Below, in pieces: positions 8,566 through 16,981 of a stretch of DNA of 64,000 bases; the stretch's first letter is position 1; the number at the start of each line of letters is the position of its first letter. Made by a program: the position numbers and the translations under genes. Source of the DNA: Vicinamibacterales bacterium (GTDB lineage Bacteria > Acidobacteriota > Vicinamibacteria > Vicinamibacterales > UBA2999); contig DATLXN010000029.1 in the NCBI GenBank assembly GCA_035575715.1, positions 14,079 to 78,078 of the forward strand, written 5' to 3'. Under the pieces are notes generated by a model. The model was given only the letters and a program-made list of their open reading frames with translations. It was not told the DNA's origin and ran no database searches.

Positions 8566-8616
8566 GTGCCCTGGTATTCAAAAATAGAATGATCGAATCG
8601 GATCGATGTGAATCGA

Positions 8617-9522
8617 TCATGACGGTGTGAGCCGCAGCTTGGGGCGGACGCGCTCAAATGCCCGAATCACTTCCTGAACCGTCCGCGGCGTGCGACTCAT
8701 CTTCGGGTAGACCCACCCGGTTTCGCGCACCAACGACCGGCCTTCAATCCGGGCGCAGAACAAGTGGCCACTGGCCACGTCGCGCGACACGGCTTGAAAC
8801 GGGATGATGGTGATGCCGATGCCGTTGCGGACCATCGCCTTGATGATCTCGACATTCTCGGTTTCCATGACGATTTGCGGTTCAATCCGCGAGGTCATGA
8901 AGAATTCATCGACCACCCGCCGCGAATTGGACCCGGATTCAAACAGCACGAACGGCTGGCGGACGAGGTCCTGGGGCAGGATCTTGCGCTTGCGAGACAG
9001 CGGGTGCTTCGCGGCCGTCACCAGCAGCAGCTCCTCTTGCATCACCGGAACGGTCACCAGATCGGGCTGGTCGACTGGAATCGTCAGAAGCGCCAGGTCG
9101 CCGGTGCCGCTGCGCAGGTGCGCGATGCACCGTTCCGAGCTGCCGGTCACCAGCTTCAAGTCGATCGCCGGGTGCTGGCGCTTCAACTCTTGGAGGAGTG
9201 GGGGAAAGACGTAGAGGCAGACGGTCATGCCGCCCATCAGGCGCACCTGCCCGCGCAGCGATTCCTGGCTATCGGTGATGCCGGCAATGGTGTCTTTCAG
9301 GTCCTGAAAGACCCGATGCGACAGCTGCAGCAGCGAATCGCCAGCGGGGGTAATCCGAACGCGTCGCCCGACGCGCAGAAAGATCGGCTCTTTCAGCTCG
9401 TCCTCGAGCAGCAGAATCTGCCGGCTGATTGCCGATTGCGAAACGTGGAGTTTGTGACCGGCGGCGGTGAACGAGCCGGTTTCGGCGATGGCGCGAATGA
9501 TTTCCAGCTGACGAAGATCCAA
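8617..9522 (-). CDS. LysR family transcriptional regulator
   Basis: N-terminal wHTH MDLRQLEIIRAIAETGSFTAAGHKLHVSQSAISRQILLLEDEL plus a LysR substrate-binding domain. Confidence 0.9.
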   Translation of the reverse strand: MDLRQLEIIRAIAETGSFTAAGHKLHVSQSAISRQILLLEDELKEPIFLRVGRRVRITPAGDSLLQLSHRVFQDLKDTIAGITDSQESLRGQVRLMGGMTVCLYVFPPLLQELKRQHPAIDLKLVTGSSERCIAHLRSGTGDLALLTIPVDQPDLVTVPVMQEELLLVTAAKHPLSRKRKILPQDLVRQPFVLFESGSNSRRVVDEFFMTSRIEPQIVMETENVEIIKAMVRNGIGITIIPFQAVSRDVASGHLFCARIEGRSLVRETGWVYPKMSRTPRTVQEVIRAFERVRPKLRLTPS

Positions 9523-9600
9523 AGTGTCCCCCAGGTAGCCGCAGCTTACATGCGGGCCGGAGATGGATGCAATGTGGATCAGTCGTTTTATGGATGCCAG

Positions 9601-9641
9601 GATCAGGGATCGGGGATCAGGGATCAGGGATCAGGGATCAG
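9601..9641. repeat. heptanucleotide tandem array (GATCAGG)x6, one variant GATCGGG
   Basis: Read directly: gatcagg gatcggg gatcagg gatcagg gatcagg gatcag. Confidence 0.95.
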
Positions 9642-9678
9642 AAAGACAAAGGGCGGACGCAGCACGCTGCGTCCGCCC
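9641..9678 (-). terminator. intrinsic terminator of the peroxiredoxin gene
   Basis: 12-bp perfect stem GGGCGGACGCAG/CTGCGTCCGCCC (9651-9678), loop of 4 nt. On the minus strand it is followed by TTTGTCTTTC. Confidence 0.7.
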
Positions 9679-9701
9679 TCAGTCGACACGGTTGGCGTCC
9701 C

Positions 9702-10307
9702 CTAGGGCTTCTTTTTGACCAGGGCGCAGGCGCCGATCGCGCCGGCGGGATCCATCGCGGCTTGCGCGGCATCGATATGCCGCAGGATGCCGGCGTCATC
9801 GATGACAAACGTGTATCGACGGGCCATCCCGGAATTCTCGTCGAGGATGCCGAGCTTCCGGGTGTAGTCGCGTTTAGAGTCGCTGAGCAATGGGAAATCG
9901 AGTTTCATCGATTCGCGGAAGGCCAGGTTGGCCCAGGTCGAATCAACGCTGACACCGAACACCATGGCGTCGTTGGCGTTGAACTGGGCGTAGTTGTCCC
10001 GATACCGGGACATCTCGGTTGTTCAACCCGGCGAGAAAGCGGCCGGGAAGAAAGCGAGGACGACGACCTTGCCCTTCAAGTCGGAGAGCTTGGCGGTCTT
10101 CGACGTGGGTCGGGCGCCGGGGGCCGCCGGCTCGAGATAGGACAGCGAGAAGTCCGGCATCGGCTCGCCGACCTTCACCGTTGGTGGCGGTGGGGGCGGA
10201 GCAGCTTGCGCCGGGGGCGTCGCGGGGGCTTGAGCGGCTGCGGCAACCGGTGCCAGAGCCAACAAGCTAATCGCGCAGACGCCCAACACCGTGAGAGCGC
10301 ATTTCAT
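9702..10307 (-). CDS. secreted peroxiredoxin (AhpC/TSA-BCP-like) with in-frame TGA (10025-10023) at the peroxidatic Cys position; probable selenocysteine
   Basis: Track ORFs 10023..10307 and 9702..10013 are in the same frame, joined by TGA ACA ACC GAG. The joined protein reads ...KGKVVVLAFFPAAFSPG-U-TTEMSRYRDNYAQFNANDAMVFGVSVDS...DFPLLSD, so the PxxxSxxC motif has TGA at the C position. Signal peptide present. Confidence 0.7.
9996..10011 (-). promoter_or_regulatory. SECIS-like hairpin 11 nt downstream of the in-frame UGA
   Basis: Minus strand: UGA-ACAACCGAGAU-GUCCCG-GUAU-CGGGAC. 6-bp perfect stem, loop begins with G, stem extendable (U-A, mismatch, G-C, A-U). Confidence 0.55.
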
Positions 10308-10352
10308 GAGTCAAATACTACACGGGTACCGACGCCGCCCCTCGTCGCGGCG

Positions 10353-11264
10353 TCAGCGAAGGGCGTTCTTCGTGCGCGCGATCGCCTCTTTCAGGTAGTG
10401 CTCATCGAGTTCGATGCCGATGAAACCGACTTTCAGGCGGGCGGCGGCGACCGCCGTGCTGCCCAGGCCGAGAAACGGATCCATCACCACCTGCGCGCGG
10501 TCCACGCCGTGGAGGCGAATGCAGTTCTCAGGCAATTTGGGCGGGAAGGTGGCCGGGTGCGGGCGGTCGCGATCGCGGCTCTGGATGGTTTGGTAGGGGA
10601 TGAACCACGCATTCCCGCGGCAGCGGACATCGGCGCCGCCCCCCTGCCAGCGCGTGACGTTTGACTTGTCCTGATACTTCACGCCAAGCGCCAGCCGGTC
10701 GATCGGGGTGTGCGCGTCCGATGAGAAGTGGAAGATAAATTCCTGGCAGTCGTGCAGGAACCGGCTCGAATTGATTGGCTTGTAATGGCCCACTGCGAGG
10801 TCGTCAGTCAGCCCCGCGCGCACGCCGGCCGCGTCCTTATCGATGGCGATCGACTTGATCCAATGGATGGTGTTCTGCAGCTGCAGGTGCGCACGAGCGG
10901 CCTGGGCCACGTCAAGCGCCGTCCACGGGTCGGTCGGCTTGGCGCCGACGTTGAGAAATAACGACCCGTGCGGCGCCAAGACACCCGCGACCGCCGCAAT
11001 CCACTCGCCAGTCCAGGCCAGATACTCGGCGCGAGGCCGCTGATCATCGTAGGAGCGATAGCGAATCCCCAGGTTATACGGCGGCGACGTCACCACGACG
11101 TTGGCATGCGCGCGTGGCAGTTGGCCCAGCACTTCGACGCAATCGCCAAGATAAAAGCGGAGGGCTCGCGAACCGCGAGATAACAAGGCGTACGGTGTAG
11201 GTAAACGCAACGGGGTGGATTGTACCGAGCCGGGGCGGGAAGTACAAGGCAGAGCGGCCGGCAC
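10353..11264 (-). CDS. site-specific DNA methyltransferase (N4/N6 family, beta-class order, SPPY motif IV); no partner endonuclease seen
   Basis: VVVTSPPYNLGIRY (motif IV) lies N-terminal and VMDPFLGLGSTAVAAARL (motif I) C-terminal. PF01555-like. Confidence 0.85.
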   Translation of the reverse strand: MPAALPCTSRPGSVQSTPLRLPTPYALLSRGSRALRFYLGDCVEVLGQLPRAHANVVVTSPPYNLGIRYRSYDDQRPRAEYLAWTGEWIAAVAGVLAPHGSLFLNVGAKPTDPWTALDVAQAARAHLQLQNTIHWIKSIAIDKDAAGVRAGLTDDLAVGHYKPINSSRFLHDCQEFIFHFSSDAHTPIDRLALGVKYQDKSNVTRWQGGGADVRCRGNAWFIPYQTIQSRDRDRPHPATFPPKLPENCIRLHGVDRAQVVMDPFLGLGSTAVAAARLKVGFIGIELDEHYLKEAIARTKNALR

Positions 11265-11295
11265 TGCGGCGCAGCACCGGGGAGACGACCGGGTC

Positions 11296-11505
11296 CTACG
11301 CGTTCAGCGCGACCGCGCTCCCGGCGGACTCGAAGCGTTCGCGCTGCGCCGAGACCGTGTGATTACGCCGATGGGCGTGGCTGCCGCAGCCGGTGCCCTT
11401 TTCTTCGACGTAAACGATTTCTCTCGTGCTACCAACGTCGCGGTAGCGACCGACGACGCAGCCGCAGTCGAGAGTGGCAAAGCCAAGAAGGCGAACAACA
11501 CTCAT
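11296..11505 (-). CDS. small Cys/His-rich hypothetical protein (69 aa)
   Basis: ATG at 11505 preceded by GGAG (7-nt spacer). MSVVRLLGFATLDCGCVVGRYRDVGSTREIVYVEEKGTGCGSHAHRRNH is a possible Zn site (CxC...CxxHxH). Stop is 31 nt before the MTase start. Confidence 0.6.
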   Translation of the reverse strand: MSVVRLLGFATLDCGCVVGRYRDVGSTREIVYVEEKGTGCGSHAHRRNHTVSAQRERFESAGSAVALNA

Positions 11506-11528
11506 GGGAATCTCCGTGCCGCTCACTA

Positions 11529-11544
11529 AGCAAGTTCAGTGCCG
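11529..11544 (-). promoter_or_regulatory. sigma-54-type -24/-12 promoter-like element
   Basis: Minus strand CGGCAC-TGAAC-TTGCT fits TGGCAC-N5-TTGCW with correct GG/GC spacing. It lies about 25 nt upstream of the ATG of the small Cys-rich gene. Confidence 0.4.
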
Positions 11545-11751
11545 CAGCGTGCGCGTGTATCGTTTGCGACGACCCGCATGACTGGACAGCCGACTTGATG
11601 AAATTCCTGCCCTAAATTCACACCCGCTCGGGCGCATGAACGTTCGGTCAGACGGGCACCAAGGAGATTGTGGACGCTCGACGTGACAAAGCGTGGACGT
11701 TTTGGATCAATCTTCGTCACTTTGAATTTGCGGCGGAGCCCAGTCCCGCGA

Positions 11752-14700
11752 TCACTTCGTCGCGTCGGCCCATCCCCGGCGCGCCGCCTCGGATGTCGGA
11801 TCGATGCTGAGTGCCTCCGCGAAATACTTCGCGGCCTGTGCACGATGACCGGTCTGCATCTCGAGTGTTCCGAGGTTGGCGTAAGTCGCCGGGTCACGCG
11901 GATCGGCCGCGAGCGAGGCCTTGAACGCCGTCCGTGACTCCTCATGCTGGCCGAGGCTGGCCAGGCACGCGCCAATCAGGTTGTGCGCCTTGGCATGCCG
12001 CGGGTTGAGCGCAATGACGCGGCGCGCTTCGGTCAGCGCCAATGGCGTCCGGTTTTCCATGAACAGCAACGCCGCGCTGTAGTAATGCGCGGCCTCGCTC
12101 GACGGTGCTTCGAGGCGCAAGCGAGCCACCACCGGCTTCATGCGTTCGGTGTCGCCGACGTCCGAGAGCACCGACGCGAGCTGCTCGAGCGCGGCGACAT
12201 TGCCGGCGTTGGTCTGCAGCATCGCCAACGGGATCCGGACCGCGTCGTCGATCACGCCTGCCGATGCCAGCAGCCGGGACAGCGCCAGCTTGGCCTCCTG
12301 GTGCGCCGGGTCGGCGGCGAGGCGTGTCAAAAAGAGACGCGCCTCGGACCCGCGCTGTTGCGGCCCGGCGGTCCTGATCAGCCCCTCGAGCGCCTGCGCG
12401 TCATGCGGGTCACGCTCCAGTGCGCGAACGAAATCGTCGTAGGCGGGGCGGACGGCGTCGGCGCGACTGAGCATCAGGCCGCGGTCGCGGAGCGCTGCGG
12501 GCGTCGCGCCCGCCAGCGCGTTGGCCACGGCCGCCGGACGCGTCGGCGTGGTCGCGGCCAGTGTGCGAAGTAAGGCCGCATTGTCGGCGGCGTTGCGACC
12601 AAACGCACTCTGCGGTCCAGAGAACTCCAGCGCGGCCCGGTCATCCGACTGTACCGGCGCATTCGCGGCCCACGCCGCCAATGCCTGGCCCTCGGCGACA
12701 AACATCGACAGCAATTGAAACGGCTCACGGGCTCCGACCGAAGCCAGGTCCGCGGCGACGCCCGGCCGATGCCAGGCTTGCGCCATGCCGTCCATCCTTG
12801 GCCCTAGCGGGGCGTTCGAACCGATCAGCAACACGTCGCCGTCACCGACCAGCCATAAAGTGCCGTCGGGAAACACCGACACGAAGGTCGCGGCAATCGA
12901 TTGCAGATCGCGCGTGCTGATGTCGTAGGTGTGAGCCCACTGGCACAGCACGCCGCCGGGGGCTAGACGATCGCGTGCGGCTTGGAAAAACTCGCGCGTG
13001 AACAGCGAGGCAATGCCCGCCATCCATGGATTGGACGGCTCCGACACGATGACGTCGTAGGTCTGTCGGGTCAGTAGCAGGTGGGTGCGGCCGTCACCGA
13101 CGATGATGTTGGTGCGCGGGTCGACTGCGGCGCGATGATTTTCGGCATCGAAGTAGCGGGACGCCTCGACCACTTCAGGCGAGATTTCCAGGACGTCGGC
13201 ATGCGCAATCGGATGGGTCAGCGCCGAGCCGAGCGTGACACCGCTGCCCAGACCGAGGATGGCAATGCGCTTGGGATCAGGATGCAGCAGCATGGGCATA
13301 TGTGCGAGGAGCCGCTGGGTCAGCATGTCGCCCGCGTTCGACGCATCGACCTTGCCGTCGATCGAGAGCGAGGTCGTGCCACCGACTTTGCGCACCGCCA
13401 CGGTGCCGCTCGGGCCTTCGCCGTAGTAGAGGACCTCGCCGGCTGTCAGCCCCGTGCGCAGGTCCTGTCCTTCCATCACCGAGGCGTACTTGTAAGCACC
13501 ACTTGATAGCAGCAGTCGATCCCAGGTCGGAAGGAACGCGCCGAGCAGCAGCACTGCCACGGCGGTGGTTCCGGCAACGAGGCGCGCGCGGCCGTTGACA
13601 TGCCCGAGCAGCAGAATCACCAGCGATCCGATCGCACCGACGATGGTAACGACCCGAATCGTCCCGTGAAGGCCGACCGTCGGAATCAGGACGAAGCCCG
13701 CAAGCAGTGCGCCGACAATCGCACCGGCCGTGTTAATGGCATAGATGAAGCCCAGATCGGCACTGACGCGGTCGTCGCGACGGGTCGCGACGGCAACCGC
13801 AAATGGAAACGCGGCGCCAAACGCAATGGTCATCGGCGCCAGGAGCACGATCGCGATCAGCGCCTGTCGCGTCAACACGCTGACGAATGTGGCGTCGGCA
13901 CGAGACACCACCTCCGCCACCGAGAGAAAGCCGCGATCGACCAGCAGGACCGAACCCGCCGCACATCCGACCGACAGCGCGAGACACAGCGACAGCCCGG
14001 TGAGTGGTTGACGGCTGCGCGCCGCGAGTCGCGACGCGATCGCGGCTCCGACGGCGAGGCCGCCGATAAACACCGCGACCATCGTGCTGAACGCGTAGGT
14101 GGTCGGACCGAGCATCAGCGCCAGCAGGCGCGTCCACACCACCTGTAGGGTGAGTGAGGCGAATCCGGAAATACCGAGCGCTGTGGCGGCGAGGGCTCGC
14201 TGGGCTGGCCTTGGTTCGCCAGCGTCCAGGACGCGCTCCCCGCGCGCGACTCGCGGGCTGCGCTTTCTCGCAGGACTCGCGCCGCCCTGCGGGTCTCCCA
14301 CGGCGACTCTCGCAAGATTCGCGGCGCTCGCAGGAACGGCGGATCGAGCGATCGACCACGCGCCGGCTGCGGCGATCACGTTGAGCGCGACGCCGACCCA
14401 CGTGGCTCCGGCGAGGCCAAGAAAAGGCAGGAGCAAGAATCCCGCAAGCAGCGCACCGATCGCCGCGCCGATCGTGTTCGCGGCATAGAGCCGTCCGGCA
14501 TCACGGGCGGCAGTCCCGGCATGCTGCACGAACCAACGCGAGGCGATTGGGAAGGTCGCGCCCATCGCCGCCGCCGGGATCGACAGCAACAGCAAACTGG
14601 TGACCAGCCGCAGGACGGCGAATGCCGTGCCGCCTGCACCATCGGCGTAGGTGGATGCCAGCAGCGGATCGAGCCCGCGAAGCTCAAAGGGCAAGATCAA

Positions 14701-14949
14701 CGCGAGCACCGCGACGCCAATCTCCAACCCCGCGTAAACGCGGAGCGCCCGCACCGGTTCGAGTGCCGCCCCGCGCCGCCCGCCGATCGCGGATCCAGCG
14801 GCGAGACCACCCATGAACGCCGCCAACACCGTACTGGCCGCTGCCACGCCGTGCCCCAGTTGCAGGGTCAACAGCCGCGTCCAGGTCACCTCGTAAATCA
14901 GCGCCGCGGCTCCAGAGGCCGCAAAAATCAAAGCAAACGCGCCACGCAT
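11752..14949 (-). CDS. fused polytopic membrane domain / spermidine synthase-like domain / C-terminal TPR repeats
   Basis: About 14 TM segments. ILGLGSGVTLG...VIVSEPSNPWMAGIASLFTREFF is spermidine-synthase-like. C-terminal TPR units. Confidence 0.85.
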   Translation of the reverse strand: MRGAFALIFAASGAAALIYEVTWTRLLTLQLGHGVAAASTVLAAFMGGLAAGSAIGGRRGAALEPVRALRVYAGLEIGVAVLALILPFELRGLDPLLASTYADGAGGTAFAVLRLVTSLLLLSIPAAAMGATFPIASRWFVQHAGTAARDAGRLYAANTIGAAIGALLAGFLLLPFLGLAGATWVGVALNVIAAAGAWSIARSAVPASAANLARVAVGDPQGGASPARKRSPRVARGERVLDAGEPRPAQRALAATALGISGFASLTLQVVWTRLLALMLGPTTYAFSTMVAVFIGGLAVGAAIASRLAARSRQPLTGLSLCLALSVGCAAGSVLLVDRGFLSVAEVVSRADATFVSVLTRQALIAIVLLAPMTIAFGAAFPFAVAVATRRDDRVSADLGFIYAINTAGAIVGALLAGFVLIPTVGLHGTIRVVTIVGAIGSLVILLLGHVNGRARLVAGTTAVAVLLLGAFLPTWDRLLLSSGAYKYASVMEGQDLRTGLTAGEVLYYGEGPSGTVAVRKVGGTTSLSIDGKVDASNAGDMLTQRLLAHMPMLLHPDPKRIAILGLGSGVTLGSALTHPIAHADVLEISPEVVEASRYFDAENHRAAVDPRTNIIVGDGRTHLLLTRQTYDVIVSEPSNPWMAGIASLFTREFFQAARDRLAPGGVLCQWAHTYDISTRDLQSIAATFVSVFPDGTLWLVGDGDVLLIGSNAPLGPRMDGMAQAWHRPGVAADLASVGAREPFQLLSMFVAEGQALAAWAANAPVQSDDRAALEFSGPQSAFGRNAADNAALLRTLAATTPTRPAAVANALAGATPAALRDRGLMLSRADAVRPAYDDFVRALERDPHDAQALEGLIRTAGPQQRGSEARLFLTRLAADPAHQEAKLALSRLLASAGVIDDAVRIPLAMLQTNAGNVAALEQLASVLSDVGDTERMKPVVARLRLEAPSSEAAHYYSAALLFMENRTPLALTEARRVIALNPRHAKAHNLIGACLASLGQHEESRTAFKASLAADPRDPATYANLGTLEMQTGHRAQAAKYFAEALSIDPTSEAARRGWADATK

Positions 14950-14972
14950 TGTGACGAGCTTATCAAACCAAG

Positions 14973-15013
14973 GATCAGGGATCAGGGATCAGGGATCAGG
15001 GATCAGGGATCAG
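14973..15013. repeat. heptanucleotide tandem array (GATCAGG)x6
   Basis: Read directly. Same unit as 9601-9641. Contains the stop codon of the upstream minus-strand gene. Confidence 0.95.
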
Positions 15014-16981
15014 TTCGTTGGCGGTCAACTCGCGGACGACCGGACGATACAGCACCATCGGGCCTTCGCGCGCGATTTCGTGGAGGTTCCAGGCGTCGGC
15101 GGCGAAATCGATCAACGCCTGCGGAGCACGCGCGTGGTTGATGACGACGTAGCCGACTCGGGAGCGGCGGATGAAGGACGGACCTTTCGCCCGCACGCGG
15201 TCTTCCTGCGCCGGGGTCAAGCTGCGCCCTTCGCTCAACGTCAGAAGCGCATCGACGGTGGCTTGCGAGCGGACCTCGCGGACACGTTTCTGCGAAATGC
15301 GCGAGAGGTAGCCGCCGATCAGGCGCTTGCCATGCCGCGTCTGGTAATACAGATAGCGCGAACTGAAGTCGCCAGCGGCAAAGGTGCCATCACGCACACC
15401 GATCGGCAGTTCGATAATCCGAACCGGCTGCGGGTCGGCGGCCACGATGTCGTAGATACGTGGCATCTCGGCGGAATACAGCGTGCGCGGTGCGGGCAGC
15501 AGCTCCAACAGCAAGGCGACGCCGGCCAAGGAGACGATCAGGCGCCGCTTCTCAGGATATCGTCGTCCCAGCGCCGCGAGCGCGCCGGCAAACAAGATCG
15601 CGACGCCGAGTGCCGCGACGACCGCAAATCGCGTCGGCGTCCGGGCCGTGCCAATGAGCGGCACATAGCGCAACAATGCCCACGGCCCAGGAACGTGCGT
15701 GTTGAAGCCGGCCAGGTAAATGAACGGCCCTAACGACAACGCCGCGAAACCGGCAGCCAGCCAAATCCAGGCGGCGCGCGGCCGATAGCCGCCGCGCCAC
15801 ACGGCGAACGCGAAAATCACGAGCGCCACAAGACTGAGCGACGCGGTGTATTCAACGAACACTGTGGGCTGCGCCGTTTGCTGGTCGTTGAACCAGCGCG
15901 CCACTGGATGGTTGGGATTGAAGGTGAACAGCCCCAGGAGGTCGACGCCGCGCGGACTACTGCGCCAGAGCGTTGGCGGCGACACGTAGCGGCCGTCGGC
16001 AACGCGTTGACCGAGCCCATACAGCACCGGTGAAAGGGGCACCGCACACGCGAACACCCCAATCAGCAACACGCGGACCGCGGCTGGCGACCAGCGGCCG
16101 GTGGGCATGAGGAGGTACGGGCGTGCCTGGATCGTGAGCCGTGCCAGCACGAGCACCGTCAAGAGCAACACCGGTGTGTAGAGCCCGTGCGCGCGGATTT
16201 CCACGCCGGCGATGGTGATCACGCCGCCACCGGTAACAACGATGGCTACGATGCCGAGGGCCACGGCGCCGATGGCACTATCCAGTGTCCACCTCCATCG
16301 CCACGGCGATGTCCTCGCATCAAATCGCACCTTTGCCCATCGCGCCGTCAAGTAGGCTGACGCAATCAAGAGGCAGAAGACCGCATAGTAAGCGTCACAG
16401 AAGCCGGCCCACGCCATACACGCGCCGGCGAGAGCCGCGTGACTTGCTTTGCGTGACTGGTGAGCCTTGCTTAGGAACAACACGAAGACCGCGAGCGGCG
16501 CCGCCGCCACCAGGCTGAAGTGGGCGGTCGATCGCGCCACCAGCACCGGCGACCAGGCAAACGCGACGCCGGCGAGCCACGCCTCGGGCCGACTCGCGTC
16601 GGTGACATGACGCACCAGCGCGTAGGTAGCCAGCGCAGTCATCACCGAAACGGTCAGCAAGACGACGTTGAAGGTCGCCACCACGCCGAGGATCGGGATC
16701 AGCGGCAACGCCAGAACATTAAGAAAGACGGTGTAGTTGTGCTGGGACAAATCGACCGGTCGGGTCAAGGACAACACTTGTTCGGTCGTGAACGGATTGC
16801 GTCCGCGCACCAGCGCTTCATGCTGGAATACCCATTGGTTCCAGATGTAGACGCCAGTATCTCCGCCTGGATCACCGGTCAGCGCTGTGCCCATCTGGAG
16901 AGCCAGCGGCCAAGTGAAAGCGAGCGCGACAAGGACGTATCCGAGGACGACGGCGATCCGGGGGGATGTACGCCGCAGCAT
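14996..16981 (-). CDS. large polytopic membrane protein, possible GT-C-type glycosyltransferase (function uncertain)
   Basis: 661-aa ORF with more than 12 hydrophobic segments and a soluble C-terminal domain. The last codons (..LIPDP*) are encoded by the heptamer array. Confidence 0.75.
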   Translation of the reverse strand: MLRRTSPRIAVVLGYVLVALAFTWPLALQMGTALTGDPGGDTGVYIWNQWVFQHEALVRGRNPFTTEQVLSLTRPVDLSQHNYTVFLNVLALPLIPILGVVATFNVVLLTVSVMTALATYALVRHVTDASRPEAWLAGVAFAWSPVLVARSTAHFSLVAAAPLAVFVLFLSKAHQSRKASHAALAGACMAWAGFCDAYYAVFCLLIASAYLTARWAKVRFDARTSPWRWRWTLDSAIGAVALGIVAIVVTGGGVITIAGVEIRAHGLYTPVLLLTVLVLARLTIQARPYLLMPTGRWSPAAVRVLLIGVFACAVPLSPVLYGLGQRVADGRYVSPPTLWRSSPRGVDLLGLFTFNPNHPVARWFNDQQTAQPTVFVEYTASLSLVALVIFAFAVWRGGYRPRAAWIWLAAGFAALSLGPFIYLAGFNTHVPGPWALLRYVPLIGTARTPTRFAVVAALGVAILFAGALAALGRRYPEKRRLIVSLAGVALLLELLPAPRTLYSAEMPRIYDIVAADPQPVRIIELPIGVRDGTFAAGDFSSRYLYYQTRHGKRLIGGYLSRISQKRVREVRSQATVDALLTLSEGRSLTPAQEDRVRAKGPSFIRRSRVGYVVINHARAPQALIDFAADAWNLHEIAREGPMVLYRPVVRELTANELIPDP

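Noticed and set aside
9702-10307. Two separate small genes, or a peroxiredoxin pseudogene broken by a nonsense mutation
   Set aside because: Both halves are in one frame, neither half is a complete thioredoxin fold, the stop is precisely the catalytic Cys codon and is TGA, and a stable hairpin sits at SECIS distance. The pseudogene reading remains the alternative if no Sec machinery exists.
8764-10664. Large plus-strand ORFs 8764..9705 (313 aa) and 9567..10664 (365 aa)
   Set aside because: They are antisense shadows of the LysR, peroxiredoxin and methyltransferase genes. They are Arg/Gly/Asp-rich with no motifs, which is typical of high-GC shadow ORFs, and one even translates the heptamer array.
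9601-11264. Functional link between the GATC-rich heptamer arrays and the nearby DNA methyltransferase (Dam-like phase switch)
   Set aside because: The enzyme is a beta-class SPPY methyltransferase, not Dam-like, and its specificity cannot be read from sequence. The second GATCAGG array is elsewhere, and other arrays lack GATC. Left as untested speculation.
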